Position numbers and translations under genes: made by a program
NCBI GenBank assembly: GCA_900546225.1
Contig: URBZ01000003.1
Coordinates: 17,857 to 81,856 of the forward strand
Source of the DNA: an uncultured Rickettsiales bacterium
GTDB taxonomy: Bacteria > Pseudomonadota > Alphaproteobacteria > Rs-D84
Length of the DNA: 64,000 nucleotides
Reading direction: 5' to 3'
Notes under the pieces: model-generated
Database searches by the model: none
Told to the model about the DNA's origin: nothing
What the model saw: the letters and a program-made list of their open reading frames with translations, nothing else
Shown here: positions 55,664-64,000 of the stretch, in pieces
How positions within the stretch are numbered: position 1 is the first letter of the stretch
Layout: each line of letters opens with the position of its first letter

Positions 55664-56395
55664 ATGTTTGATTTAACAGGACGCGTTGCGCTGATTACGG
55701 GTGCAACAGGTGGTATCGGTGGTGCAATCGCACATAAAATGCGCGCGGCTGGCGCAACCGTTGTTGTATCGGGGCGCAATATCGCAAAACTGGAATCTGA
55801 ATTTGGTGGCGATGGGTTTATTAAATTGCCATGTGACCTGTCGGCGGACGGCGGTGCGGTTGAATTGGTTATGAACACGATAGAGGCCGCGGGTAAAATC
55901 GACATCTTGGTCAACAATGCCGGTATCACCAAAGATACATTGTTGATGCGTATGTCCGACGAACAATTTGATGATGTTATCAACACAAACCTGCGCGCAT
56001 GCTTCAAAATGTGCCGTGCGGCGATTATGCCAATGATGAAAAATCGTTTTGGTCGTATTATAAATATGGCATCTATTATCGGTGTTATTGGTGGCCCAGG
56101 TCAGGCGAACTATGCCGCGTCCAAGGGTGGTATGATTGCAATGACAAAATCCATCGCGGCCGAGGTTGCATCGCGCGGCATCACCGCAAACTGCATCGCC
56201 CCTGGGTTTATTCAGACACCAATGACAGATGTATTACCAGATGAATTAAAGAAAACTTATCTGGCACAAATTCCGGCCGGTCGTTTTGGCACACCAGACG
56301 ACATTGCAAACGCATGTGTGTTCTTGGCGTCCACCGAGGCATCATATATCAATGGCCAGACATTAAATATCAATGGCGGTATGGGACGTTTTTGA
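55664..56395 (+). CDS. fabG: 3-oxoacyl-ACP reductase FabG
   Basis: LITGATGGIGGAIA, NNAGIT, the YAASKGG catalytic motif, and ING.TL.INGGM. The start is at MFDLTGRVA. Confidence 0.9.
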   Translation: MFDLTGRVALITGATGGIGGAIAHKMRAAGATVVVSGRNIAKLESEFGGDGFIKLPCDLSADGGAVELVMNTIEAAGKIDILVNNAGITKDTLLMRMSDEQFDDVINTNLRACFKMCRAAIMPMMKNRFGRIINMASIIGVIGGPGQANYAASKGGMIAMTKSIAAEVASRGITANCIAPGFIQTPMTDVLPDELKKTYLAQIPAGRFGTPDDIANACVFLASTEASYINGQTLNINGGMGRF

Positions 56396-56398
56396 TCA

Positions 56399-58042
56399 AT
56401 GACAGAATTTGATGTAATCGTTATTGGTGGGGGACATGCCGGTGTCGAAGCGGCCGCAGCCGCGGCACGCCGTGGGGCGCGCACATTGCTGATGACACAG
56501 CGTGAAACTGATTTGGGTGCAATGTCGTGCAACCCCAGTATTGGTGGCCCAGGCAAATCGCAAATGGTTGCGGAAATCGACGCAATGGGCGGTGTTATGC
56601 CACGTGCGGCGGACGCGGCGGGGATTCATTTCAGAACCCTGAACGCATCGCACGGTGCGGCAACGCGCGCATTGCGTGCCCAGATTGACCGCAAACTGTA
56701 TCACAACGCGGTTGTAAAAATTCTGGACGAATTGCCGACGCTTGCCATCAAATATGAAAAGGTTACATCACTGGATTTGCCGAACAAGGTTGTAAATGGT
56801 GCATATTCGGCGCATGCAATCGTGTTGACCACGGGAACGTTTTTAGGGGGTCTGGTTACGCGCGGCACGGAAAAGATTGCGTCGGGCCGTCTGCAAGATG
56901 ATGGCACATACCAAGAAAATGATACGGTTATTTCGGGCGTGTTGCGCGAAAATGGTTTCAAATTATTACGCCTGAAAACGGGAACACCGGCACGTATTTA
57001 TCGCGACAGTATTGATTTTTCCGTGTGTGAATTACAGGCGGGTGACACGCCACACGATTGGTTTTCCGCGCCAAATGCGGACAATAATTATTCTGCGGTA
57101 TGCTATATCACGCATACAACCGAAAAAACGCACCAAATTATTCGCGACAATATCGCCGATGCCCCAATGTACAACGGTGATATTCGTGGGACGGGCCCGC
57201 GTTATTGTCCCAGTTTAGAAGACAAGGTTATGCGTTTCCCAGATCACACGTCGCACCATGTATTTTTAGAGCCCGAGGGGCTGGACAGCGATTTAATTTA
57301 CCCGAACGGCATTTCGACCAGTTTTGGTGCCGCCGTCCAAGACATGTGGATTCGCACGATTCCGGGGCTGGAAAACGCGCGCGTGGCGCGTTATGGTTAT
57401 GCGATTGAATATGACGCGATTGATGCGCGCGCACTGAACAGTAATTTAGAATCACGCGACACATCGGGTGTATTCTTTGCCGGACAAATCAACGGCACAT
57501 CGGGCTATGAAGAGGCCGCCGCCCAAGGTATCGTTGCCGGCGCAAACGCCGCGGCATTTGCACTGGACGCGCCGCGGTTGGATTTGAATCGCACAAACGC
57601 AATGATTGGTGTGTTGATTGATGATATTACGACATTGGGTGTGGACGAACCATACCGTATGTTTTCGTCACGCGCGGAATATCGATTGAACCTGCGCGCG
57701 GACAATGCGATTGCGCGATTGGGCGATATGGCGGTGGGTTGCGGCCTGATTACGCCCGCACAGCGCGACGAAAAAATGGCGTTGCATGCGACCGAGATTG
57801 CCGAAAACGATAAATTCTATGCTGGATACATTGCACGCAATGCGCGCGAAATTGCGTCTGTGCGTCGTGATATGGAATTAAAGATTCCACGCGATATCGA
57901 TTACACAAATATGCCGGGGCTGACCAATGAATTGGTTGAAAAATTGACCGCGGCACGTCCGGAAAATATTGCCGCACTGTCGCGAATTTCCGGAATGACA
58001 CCGGCGGGCATAATGGTTGTAATGCGCAAGATAAAATGTTAA
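56399..58042 (+). CDS. mnmG: tRNA uridine-5-carboxymethylaminomethyl synthesis enzyme MnmG (GidA), short form
   Basis: FDVIVIGGGHAGVEAA, SCNPSIGG.GK, GPRYCPS.E.K, FFAGQINGT.GYEEAAAQG, and C-terminal ..SRISG.TPA.. At 547 aa it is shorter than the roughly 620 aa I recall as typical. Confidence 0.9.
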   Translation: MTEFDVIVIGGGHAGVEAAAAAARRGARTLLMTQRETDLGAMSCNPSIGGPGKSQMVAEIDAMGGVMPRAADAAGIHFRTLNASHGAATRALRAQIDRKLYHNAVVKILDELPTLAIKYEKVTSLDLPNKVVNGAYSAHAIVLTTGTFLGGLVTRGTEKIASGRLQDDGTYQENDTVISGVLRENGFKLLRLKTGTPARIYRDSIDFSVCELQAGDTPHDWFSAPNADNNYSAVCYITHTTEKTHQIIRDNIADAPMYNGDIRGTGPRYCPSLEDKVMRFPDHTSHHVFLEPEGLDSDLIYPNGISTSFGAAVQDMWIRTIPGLENARVARYGYAIEYDAIDARALNSNLESRDTSGVFFAGQINGTSGYEEAAAQGIVAGANAAAFALDAPRLDLNRTNAMIGVLIDDITTLGVDEPYRMFSSRAEYRLNLRADNAIARLGDMAVGCGLITPAQRDEKMALHATEIAENDKFYAGYIARNAREIASVRRDMELKIPRDIDYTNMPGLTNELVEKLTAARPENIAALSRISGMTPAGIMVVMRKIKC

Positions 58043-58047
58043 AAAAA

Positions 58048-58072
58048 CACCGGTAAATGCCGGTGTTTTTTT
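58048..58072. terminator. Bidirectional terminator (CCGGTAAATGCCGG variant)
   Basis: CACCGGTAAATGCCGGTG is flanked by A7 and T7. Confidence 0.75.
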
Positions 58073-58090
58073 ATTTATATTTGCGTAATA

Positions 58091-58708
58091 TTATCGCTGG
58101 CTCTGTACACGATTTTGAATCAATCTGTTGATTTTATTTGTATCAAGTGCAGAAAATTCTGCAATAACTCTGGCGTCTTCATTTATAATCTTGCCTGTTT
58201 TACTCCAATATAATGCGCCAACACCAACCAAGTTGTCATCGATATTTGTATTGATAAACACGCGTTCGTCCGCCAACGCATATTTAAGATATTTCAGTGC
58301 ATCTTGCTGGTCATAAAAACCATCGCCATACAAAAACGAAACATATTGTTTTGAAAAGTAACTTCTGTACGGTTCTTTTTTTACAATGGGCTGTTCTGGG
58401 GTATCATGTTGATGCACCGCACGCATAATCAATGCCTGTTCACTGCGTGGCAAAAAGATTTCGTGTTCGTTGCTGTGTCCAACGCGCGCATCATCAAAAT
58501 AGATTCTGATTATTCCCCTGATAAAATCTTTGACTGCTATGCTGTCGCCATTGTCAATGGCGTACACCGGTGTGAATTTGTTATAAATCAAATCCAGCGC
58601 ACGTTTGCAATCCACCGACAAATTTTTATTTGGTGCTTGCACATTTTTGCTTGATACGTTATCTGTCGCTTTCTTGAATATTTTGAACACATTCAGTTTT
58701 TTGAACAT
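58091..58708 (-). CDS. Hypothetical protein (205 aa), AT-rich orphan
   Basis: ATG 58708 is preceded by AGGGGA with about 9-nt spacing. I recognise no motifs and see no TM segment. It is visibly more AT-rich than flanking genes. Confidence 0.45.
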   Translation of the reverse strand: MFKKLNVFKIFKKATDNVSSKNVQAPNKNLSVDCKRALDLIYNKFTPVYAIDNGDSIAVKDFIRGIIRIYFDDARVGHSNEHEIFLPRSEQALIMRAVHQHDTPEQPIVKKEPYRSYFSKQYVSFLYGDGFYDQQDALKYLKYALADERVFINTNIDDNLVGVGALYWSKTGKIINEDARVIAEFSALDTNKINRLIQNRVQSQR

Positions 58709-58854
58709 ACCTATATTCCCCTTTGTTTTTCTTACACTGACAAACATAGACACAAATATATATTTTGTCAAGTATTATATTGGTATTTTACATAAAACAA
58801 TGAAAATAAAATGTGGAAATTAGTTTTTACATATACTATGATTATGCACGCCGT

Positions 58855-58930
58855 GCCGGTGTAGCTCAGCTGGTAGAGCATCTCATTCGTAATGAGGGGG
58901 TCGTAGGTTCAAGTCCTATCACCGGCACCA
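58855..58930 (+). tRNA. tRNA-Thr (anticodon CGT)
   Basis: Acceptor GCCGGTG/CACCGGC, D arm GCTC-AGCTGGTA-GAGC, anticodon stem TCTCA/TGAGG with loop TTCGTAA, T arm GTAGG-TTCAAGT-CCTAT, and an encoded CCA. Confidence 0.9.
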
Positions 58931-58940
58931 GAATTAAAAA

Positions 58941-58968
58941 CCGCGATTTTTATCGCGGCTTTTATTTT
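58941..58968 (+). terminator. tRNA-Thr terminator
   Basis: CCGCGAT-tttt-ATCGCGG is followed by CTTTTATTTT. Confidence 0.65.
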
Positions 58969-59398
58969 ATCGTGTGTGCTGGGGCAATTTCTTTGCGCCA
59001 CGTGGCCCGCCCGCCGCTTTGGCCATGCGGGTGTTATAATTCTGTTGCTTTTTTTGCGCCCAATTCATGATATAGACGATATCGTCATATGGAATGGTCG
59101 TTACAATGTCCAAAGGACGGGTGTACCCAACACGATACCACTGTTTATTCTCGTTGCGGTTAAAACGCCATTTTTCCGTATTTTCTTCGACATAGATATC
59201 GCCAGTTGCGCCATTTAACATAATAACGTTTTGTGGTGTTACAATACCCATCAATTCCCAACCGTATTGGGGGTTGGCCTCTATAAACGTCAAATTGCCC
59301 GTATATTTGTTCACCAAGTCCTTTAATACCCGCGCACCGGAACGTTGCAGGTGTTTTATCAACAGACGCTGTTCTGCGTCTGAAAATTTATTTTCCAT
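58967..59398 (-). CDS. Hypothetical protein (143 aa) with basic C-terminal tail
   Basis: ATG 59398 is preceded by AAAGGA with 8-nt spacing; the ORF-track start at 59428 is a TTG. No motif was recognised. Confidence 0.45.
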   Translation of the reverse strand: MENKFSDAEQRLLIKHLQRSGARVLKDLVNKYTGNLTFIEANPQYGWELMGIVTPQNVIMLNGATGDIYVEENTEKWRFNRNENKQWYRVGYTRPLDIVTTIPYDDIVYIMNWAQKKQQNYNTRMAKAAGGPRGAKKLPQHTR

Positions 59399-59460
59399 TG
59401 ATAAATCCTTTGATTCATATAGGTACAATTATATCACAATATGTGGCATACACAAATATG

Positions 59461-59489
59461 TTGATTTTCTGGCAAATTCATTGTATAAA
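59461..59489 (+). promoter_or_regulatory. Sigma-70-like promoter of the ileS leader
   Basis: TTGATT (59461-66), 17-nt spacer, TATAAA (59484-89), with TG immediately upstream of the -10 element. Confidence 0.5.
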
Positions 59490-59499
59490 TTTGTCCGTA

Positions 59500-59532
59500 A
59501 TGAAACAGACAGCAATAATTATTATTAAATAA
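59500..59532 (+). CDS. Candidate ileS leader peptide MKQTAIIIIK
   Basis: ATG AAA CAG ACA GCA ATA ATT ATT ATT AAA TAA has four consecutive Ile codons. It starts 10 nt after the -10 element with no SD, and a terminator lies 30 nt after the stop. Confidence 0.55.
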   Translation: MKQTAIIIIK

Positions 59533-59561
59533 ACCGGCACTGCGCCTTTGGCGGTGGCTGG

Positions 59562-59585
59562 GGCGCATATGCGCCTGTTTTTTTT
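59562..59585 (+). terminator. ileS leader (attenuator) terminator
   Basis: GGCGC-atat-GCGCC is followed by TG and T8. It ends 37 nt upstream of the ileS ATG, and the ileS SD AGAGGA is at 59608-13. Confidence 0.6.
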
Positions 59586-59622
59586 AATAAAGGCATAAAC
59601 AAGACAAAAGAGGACACAAAAC

Positions 59623-62600
59623 ATGGCATACCCAAAGACCGATCCACGTGCCGATTTTACCGCGCTGGAACACCAAGTTCTGGAATTTTGGCGCAGCGAC
59701 GATACATTCCACAAATCGCTGAATCAGACAAAACTGGGACATCCGTTTTCATTCTATGACGGGCCACCGTTTGCAAATGGGTTGCCACACTGGGGGCATT
59801 TGGGCGTATCGGCGGTCAAAGATATGATTTCGCGTTACCAGACAATGCGCGGTCGTCACGTTGTGCGCGAACTGGGTTGGGATTGCCACGGGTTGCCGGC
59901 GGAATCATCGGTTGAAAAAAAGCAAAAACGCCAAGCAAAAGATATTGTTGCAACTGATGGTATTGCGGCATTCTGTGATATGTGCCGCAGCGACGTTATG
60001 ACATATTCCAACGAATGGCTGAAATTTATTGAACGTATTGGTCGTTGGGTTGATGGTGGTAACGACTATGGTTATCGCACCATGGACAAAAATTATATGG
60101 AATCTGTTATTTGGGCAATCAAAGAATTACATAACAAAGGTCTGTTATACAAAGATTATCGTGTAAATCCATTTGATTGGAAATTGGGTACGGTTCTGTC
60201 TAATTCAGAGGCGTCCAGCGAATACCAAGACGTAACCGATGACGCAATTACTGTGTGGTTTGAACTGGAAAATGGTGACCGCGCATTGGCGTGGACAACA
60301 ACGCCGTGGACGTTGCCTGCAAACAGCGCATTGGCGGTGAATCCTGATATGAAATACCTGCGCATGCAGGACGCTGATGGGGCAATTTATGTTATTGCTG
60401 AATCGCGCCTGTCGGCATATGAAAAGCAATTTGCAAACGCGACACAGGTTGGTGAATTGTTCGGTCGCGATTTAGTCGGCTTAAAATACACACCGTTGTT
60501 TGATTACTATGCAGGCACATCTGATTTGTTGTATCAGGTAATTCCCGCGGACTATGTTTCTGATGGCGATGGTACAGGTATTGTACATATTGCGCCCGCA
60601 TATGGCGAAGACGACTTTTGGGCGGCGAAAAATATCGACGCAAAATTCCCAGTAATTTTGAATGTTGATGACTATGGAAACTATACCCCTGATGTTCGTG
60701 ATTGGGCGGGCGAAAATATTTTTGAAGCAAACCCAAAAATTATGACATACCTGCGCGAAAATGGTCATTTGGTCAAGAAAGAACAACATCGTCATTCATA
60801 CCCATATGGCCCACGCAGCAAAGAAAAGTTGATTTATCGCGCAACTGATTCTTGGTATATCGATGTGCCAAAAATCCGCGAACGTTTGGTTGAAATCACC
60901 AAGACCCAGACCAAATGGACATCGGCGGGTGATCGTTTCTTGACGTGGATTGAGGGGGCGCGCCCATGGTCTATTTCCCGTAATCGTTTCTGGGGAACAC
61001 CACTGCCGATTTGGACACGTGATGGCGAATACAAGATATTTGGTTCAATCGCAGAAATCGAAGAATTTTTCGGTGTGGAAATAAACGACCTGCATCGGCC
61101 AACGTTGGACGCGTTGGAAAAAGATGGCTGGAAACGTATTCCTGATGTTTTAGATTGTTGGGTTGAATCGGGGTCTATGCCATTTGCATCATTGCATTAT
61201 CCGTTTGAAAATGCCGACAAGTTTGCGGCAACTTTCCCAGCCGATTATATTATCGAAGGGCAGGATCAAACCCGTGGTTGGTTTTATTCGTTGATGGTAA
61301 TGGCAACTGCATTGTTTGATAGCCCTGCGTTTCGCACGGTTTCGGCAAACGGTATGATTGTTGATGAACACAAAAAGAAATTATCAAAATCCGTTGGTAA
61401 TTTTGTGAATCCCGAAGAACAGATTGAACAATCGGGCGCGGACGCTGTACGTTTGTTCATACTGGGGTCTGGGTTTATGAAGGCCGAACCAGTATCTATT
61501 GATATGGCGGGCAAGGTATTCAGTGATGCAACCAAAACAATTTTGACACCGCTGTGGAATGCATATCATTTCTTTACGTTGTATGCAAATGCCGGCAATG
61601 TTGTTGCAACGGGCAATTACAGCACAGACAACGTATTGGACAAATACATTGTTGCCGAATTAAACGAACTGATTCGCGTTGTTGGCGCGGCATTGGACGA
61701 ATATAAACCAGACATCGCAATCAAAGAATTTGTGCGATTCTTGGACGTATTGAATAACTGGTACATTCGTCGTTCACGTGCACGTTTCTGGGACGAAGAT
61801 ACCGATGCGTTTAACACACTGCATTACGTGCTGGTAACGCTGTGCAAGTGCATTGCGCCGTTCGCGCCGTTTATCAGTGAATATATCTATAAAAACCTGA
61901 CGGGGGCAGAATCGGTACATTTGGAATCATTCCCTGTGGCGATGGATATGGACGAAAAAATCGTGTCTGATATGCGTCATGTGCAATCGGTTGTATCGGT
62001 TGGGAAACAGTTGCGTGAACAATACAAACTGCGTAACCGTTTGCCATTGGCCAAAATCACGATTGCGGGTGGTGACCTGCACGCGTATGCAGATATTATT
62101 GCCGATGAACTGAATGTAAAGCATGTCGATTTCACACCAAATATCAGTGATGTTGCCGACAGTTTTATTTACCTGATTACGCCAAAGATTGGCGCGCGTC
62201 TGGGTGGTGCATTGCGCGAAATAATTCCAGCGGTAAAGCAGGGCAAATATGAATTTATGGGCGACAAACTGATTGTGGCGGAACACGCCCTGAACCCAGA
62301 TGAATTTGAAAATCGTCTGACGGTGCGCGATGGTATCACAGGTGCGGCATTGCCGGACAACACCGCGGTGGTTGTGTTGGATACAGAAATCAATGCCGAA
62401 TTGGTTGCCGAAGGGTTGGCCAACGACGCATTACGCTTTATCCAAGATATGCGCAAGACCGCGGGTCTGGACGTGTCTGACCGCATCAAAATGACATACA
62501 GTGCTGCACCGGCATTGGCGGCGGCGATTGAACAACATCGCGCACGCATTATGTCCGACGCATTGATTGTTGATATGTCGTATGGTGATGGTGAATATGA

Positions 62601-62649
62601 AACCGAAATAGAAGGTTACGATCTCTCCATCGGTATAGAAAAGGCATAA
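59623..62649 (+). CDS. ileS: Isoleucyl-tRNA synthetase, type 2 (eukaryote-like) form
   Basis: FYDGPPFANGLPHWGHL (HIGH-type), KKLSKSVGN (KMSKS), and a CP1 editing region. The roughly 1000-aa architecture without a C-terminal Zn-finger tail fits type-2 IleRS as I remember it. Confidence 0.95.
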   Translation: MAYPKTDPRADFTALEHQVLEFWRSDDTFHKSLNQTKLGHPFSFYDGPPFANGLPHWGHLGVSAVKDMISRYQTMRGRHVVRELGWDCHGLPAESSVEKKQKRQAKDIVATDGIAAFCDMCRSDVMTYSNEWLKFIERIGRWVDGGNDYGYRTMDKNYMESVIWAIKELHNKGLLYKDYRVNPFDWKLGTVLSNSEASSEYQDVTDDAITVWFELENGDRALAWTTTPWTLPANSALAVNPDMKYLRMQDADGAIYVIAESRLSAYEKQFANATQVGELFGRDLVGLKYTPLFDYYAGTSDLLYQVIPADYVSDGDGTGIVHIAPAYGEDDFWAAKNIDAKFPVILNVDDYGNYTPDVRDWAGENIFEANPKIMTYLRENGHLVKKEQHRHSYPYGPRSKEKLIYRATDSWYIDVPKIRERLVEITKTQTKWTSAGDRFLTWIEGARPWSISRNRFWGTPLPIWTRDGEYKIFGSIAEIEEFFGVEINDLHRPTLDALEKDGWKRIPDVLDCWVESGSMPFASLHYPFENADKFAATFPADYIIEGQDQTRGWFYSLMVMATALFDSPAFRTVSANGMIVDEHKKKLSKSVGNFVNPEEQIEQSGADAVRLFILGSGFMKAEPVSIDMAGKVFSDATKTILTPLWNAYHFFTLYANAGNVVATGNYSTDNVLDKYIVAELNELIRVVGAALDEYKPDIAIKEFVRFLDVLNNWYIRRSRARFWDEDTDAFNTLHYVLVTLCKCIAPFAPFISEYIYKNLTGAESVHLESFPVAMDMDEKIVSDMRHVQSVVSVGKQLREQYKLRNRLPLAKITIAGGDLHAYADIIADELNVKHVDFTPNISDVADSFIYLITPKIGARLGGALREIIPAVKQGKYEFMGDKLIVAEHALNPDEFENRLTVRDGITGAALPDNTAVVVLDTEINAELVAEGLANDALRFIQDMRKTAGLDVSDRIKMTYSAAPALAAAIEQHRARIMSDALIVDMSYGDGEYETEIEGYDLSIGIEKA

Positions 62650-62650
62650 T

Positions 62651-63307
62651 ATGACGCCGACACAATATTTTACCGCCGTGCCAAAATGTCTGAATATGGA
62701 CATTCGTTCGGAATTATATTCTGTGAATGAATTTACATTTGCGGTGGCGGTAATATTGTCGGCACAGGCCACCGATAAAAAGGTGAACGAGGTTACGCCC
62801 CAACTGTTTGCCATTGCGCCAACACCGGCGAAAATGATTATGCTGGGGATTGACGGATTAAAGCAACATATACGCGTTATTTCCTTTTTCAACAACAAGG
62901 CAAAAGGTATTATTCGTCTGGCGGCCCAGTTGATGGAATATGACGGTAATAATGATGCGGACTATAAATTTCCGAAAAAATTTCATAATCGCGATGAATT
63001 GATGAAATTGTCCGGCATCGGTCAAAAGACCGCAAATGTTGTTATGAACGTACTGTGGGGTGCGCCAAACATTGGTGTTGATACGCACGTTTTCCGCAAT
63101 GCACACCGATACGGCTGGGTTGGGGCGGATGCAAATACACCAGAAAAAGTTGAACGGGAATTACTGAAAATAATTCCAAAAAAATATCACGCAATCGTAA
63201 ATCACGTGATGGTTATGCACGGGCGGTACACGTGTCGCGCACTGCGTCCAAAATGCGCCGAATGTCCCGTTGCAAACATTTGCAATGCGCTCGATAAAAC
63301 AATATAA
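62651..63307 (+). CDS. nth: Endonuclease III (Nth)
   Basis: AVILSAQATDKKVN, HhH-GPD L.KLSGIGQKTANVV, DTHV.R, and the FeS cluster motif C.A..PKC.ECP....C. The start might instead be ATG 62696. Confidence 0.9.
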   Translation: MTPTQYFTAVPKCLNMDIRSELYSVNEFTFAVAVILSAQATDKKVNEVTPQLFAIAPTPAKMIMLGIDGLKQHIRVISFFNNKAKGIIRLAAQLMEYDGNNDADYKFPKKFHNRDELMKLSGIGQKTANVVMNVLWGAPNIGVDTHVFRNAHRYGWVGADANTPEKVERELLKIIPKKYHAIVNHVMVMHGRYTCRALRPKCAECPVANICNALDKTI

Positions 63308-63322
63308 AAAATATCAAAAAAA

Positions 63323-63346
63323 GCCGGCAAATGCCGGCCTTTTTTT
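63323..63346. terminator. Bidirectional terminator (CCGGCAAATGCCGG family)
   Basis: GCCGGCAAATGCCGGC is flanked by A7 and T7, between nth and pheT. Confidence 0.75.
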
Positions 63347-64000
63347 ACTTGTCACGAATGCGCGCATTACATGCGGTTTCGACATTTTTGATGACCGCGT
63401 TTTGCAATGCAATCAAATCCGCATCTGACATATTGTCGGTTGGCACGATTGTGATTGCAATCGCAATCGATTTATTGCCGTCCGGCATATTAAACGCATC
63501 GAACACAACCGCATCAGTAATACGCTTGTCCACACTGCGCGCCGCCGACACCAATTTTTCAGCCGGCGTATTGCCATCAACAATAAATGCAAAGTCACGC
63601 GATATTGGTTGGAAATCAGATAACTGAACCTCGCGCTGTTTACGTGGTGCGGGCAGGTTTGCAACATCGTCAACAATCGCCACCATGACGTTTGTCTTGA
63701 TTTTCAACGCACGCGCAACCATTGGTGACAATTCACCAAATTCGGCGATTTTCTTTTTACCCTGATAAATCGCGCCATATCTGAATGGGTGTGCCCATTG
63801 TGGTGCGTTTTCGGTTGAAACCGTGAAACGCTGGCCATGCATCAGTGCAATCAAGTCCGCCTTGACATCATAGATATCATATGCACGATTGCGGCCCGAC
63901 CAATGACGCGGTGCGTTTGCGCCGGCACGAACAATACAAACCTGTGTATGTTGCGCATTTGGCGTATCGCCGTCAAACACCGTGCCCAGTTCAAACATTG
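63345..64000 (-). CDS. pheT: Phenylalanyl-tRNA synthetase beta subunit, C-terminal part (gene continues beyond the window)
   Basis: FELG.VF..., ....DFYD.K..., and the C-terminal FDX-ACB-like domain ..DAVVFD.F......KS.AI..T... The reading frame is open at the window edge. Confidence 0.8.
   Translation of the reverse strand, partial: MFELGTVFDGDTPNAQHTQVCIVRAGANAPRHWSGRNRAYDIYDVKADLIALMHGQRFTVSTENAPQWAHPFRYGAIYQGKKKIAEFGELSPMVARALKIKTNVMVAIVDDVANLPAPRKQREVQLSDFQPISRDFAFIVDGNTPAEKLVSAARSVDKRITDAVVFDAFNMPDGNKSIAIAITIVPTDNMSDADLIALQNAVIKNVETACNARIRDK

Noticed and set aside
59274-59528. The 84-aa ORF overlapping the ileS leader region.
   Set aside because: It is antisense-overlapping the 143-aa gene's 5' end and spans the predicted promoter. 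It has no SD and an implausible composition. The 10-codon Ile ORF is in a different frame.
59429-59622. A T-box or other known riboswitch upstream of ileS.
   Set aside because: The leader is only about 90 nt long. It has no specifier-loop/T-box sequence (AGGGTGGNACCGCG-like) and no match to riboswitch cores I know. The Ile-codon mini-ORF explanation fits better.

Overview
This 64-kb chromosomal window is densely packed with housekeeping genes. The gene content (RpoH, alpha-type SspB, LptD/SurA envelope set, type-2 IleRS, split MacAB-TolC) reads like an alphaproteobacterium with a rearranged, possibly host-associated genome; that taxonomic call is inference from memory only. I call about 62 protein genes and 4 tRNAs (Val-TAC, Cys-GCA, Val-GAC, Thr-CGT). 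I found no rRNA, CRISPR array, transposase, integrase or recognisable defence system. The most interesting signals are non-coding.

- **ileS leader:** a 10-codon leader ORF, MKQTAIIIIK, has four consecutive Ile codons. It has its own promoter and an intrinsic terminator directly upstream of ileS, so it is a candidate ribosome-mediated attenuator of an aminoacyl-tRNA synthetase.
- **Cys-rich operon leader:** a two-stage structured leader precedes two paralogous small secreted Cys-rich proteins. Stage one is a mini-ORF (MVCCHDGV) with an antiterminator/terminator pair. Stage two is a four-segment SD/anti-SD switch.
- **Mosaic repeats:** a modular, nested-palindromic intergenic repeat family occurs in seven copies, with modules present, absent or inverted between copies.
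- **Stereotyped terminators:** most terminators are near-identical hairpins, for example CCGG[CT]AAATGCCGG seven times.
- **Inserted cassette:** a roughly 1-kb cassette encoding a secreted HExxH protein sits between parA and rsmG, flanked by 17-nt repeats.
- **Orphan coupling protein:** a VirD4/TraG-like coupling ATPase is tightly linked to two envelope lipoproteins, with no other secretion genes nearby.

All protein calls rest on motif recognition by eye, and no database search was possible.
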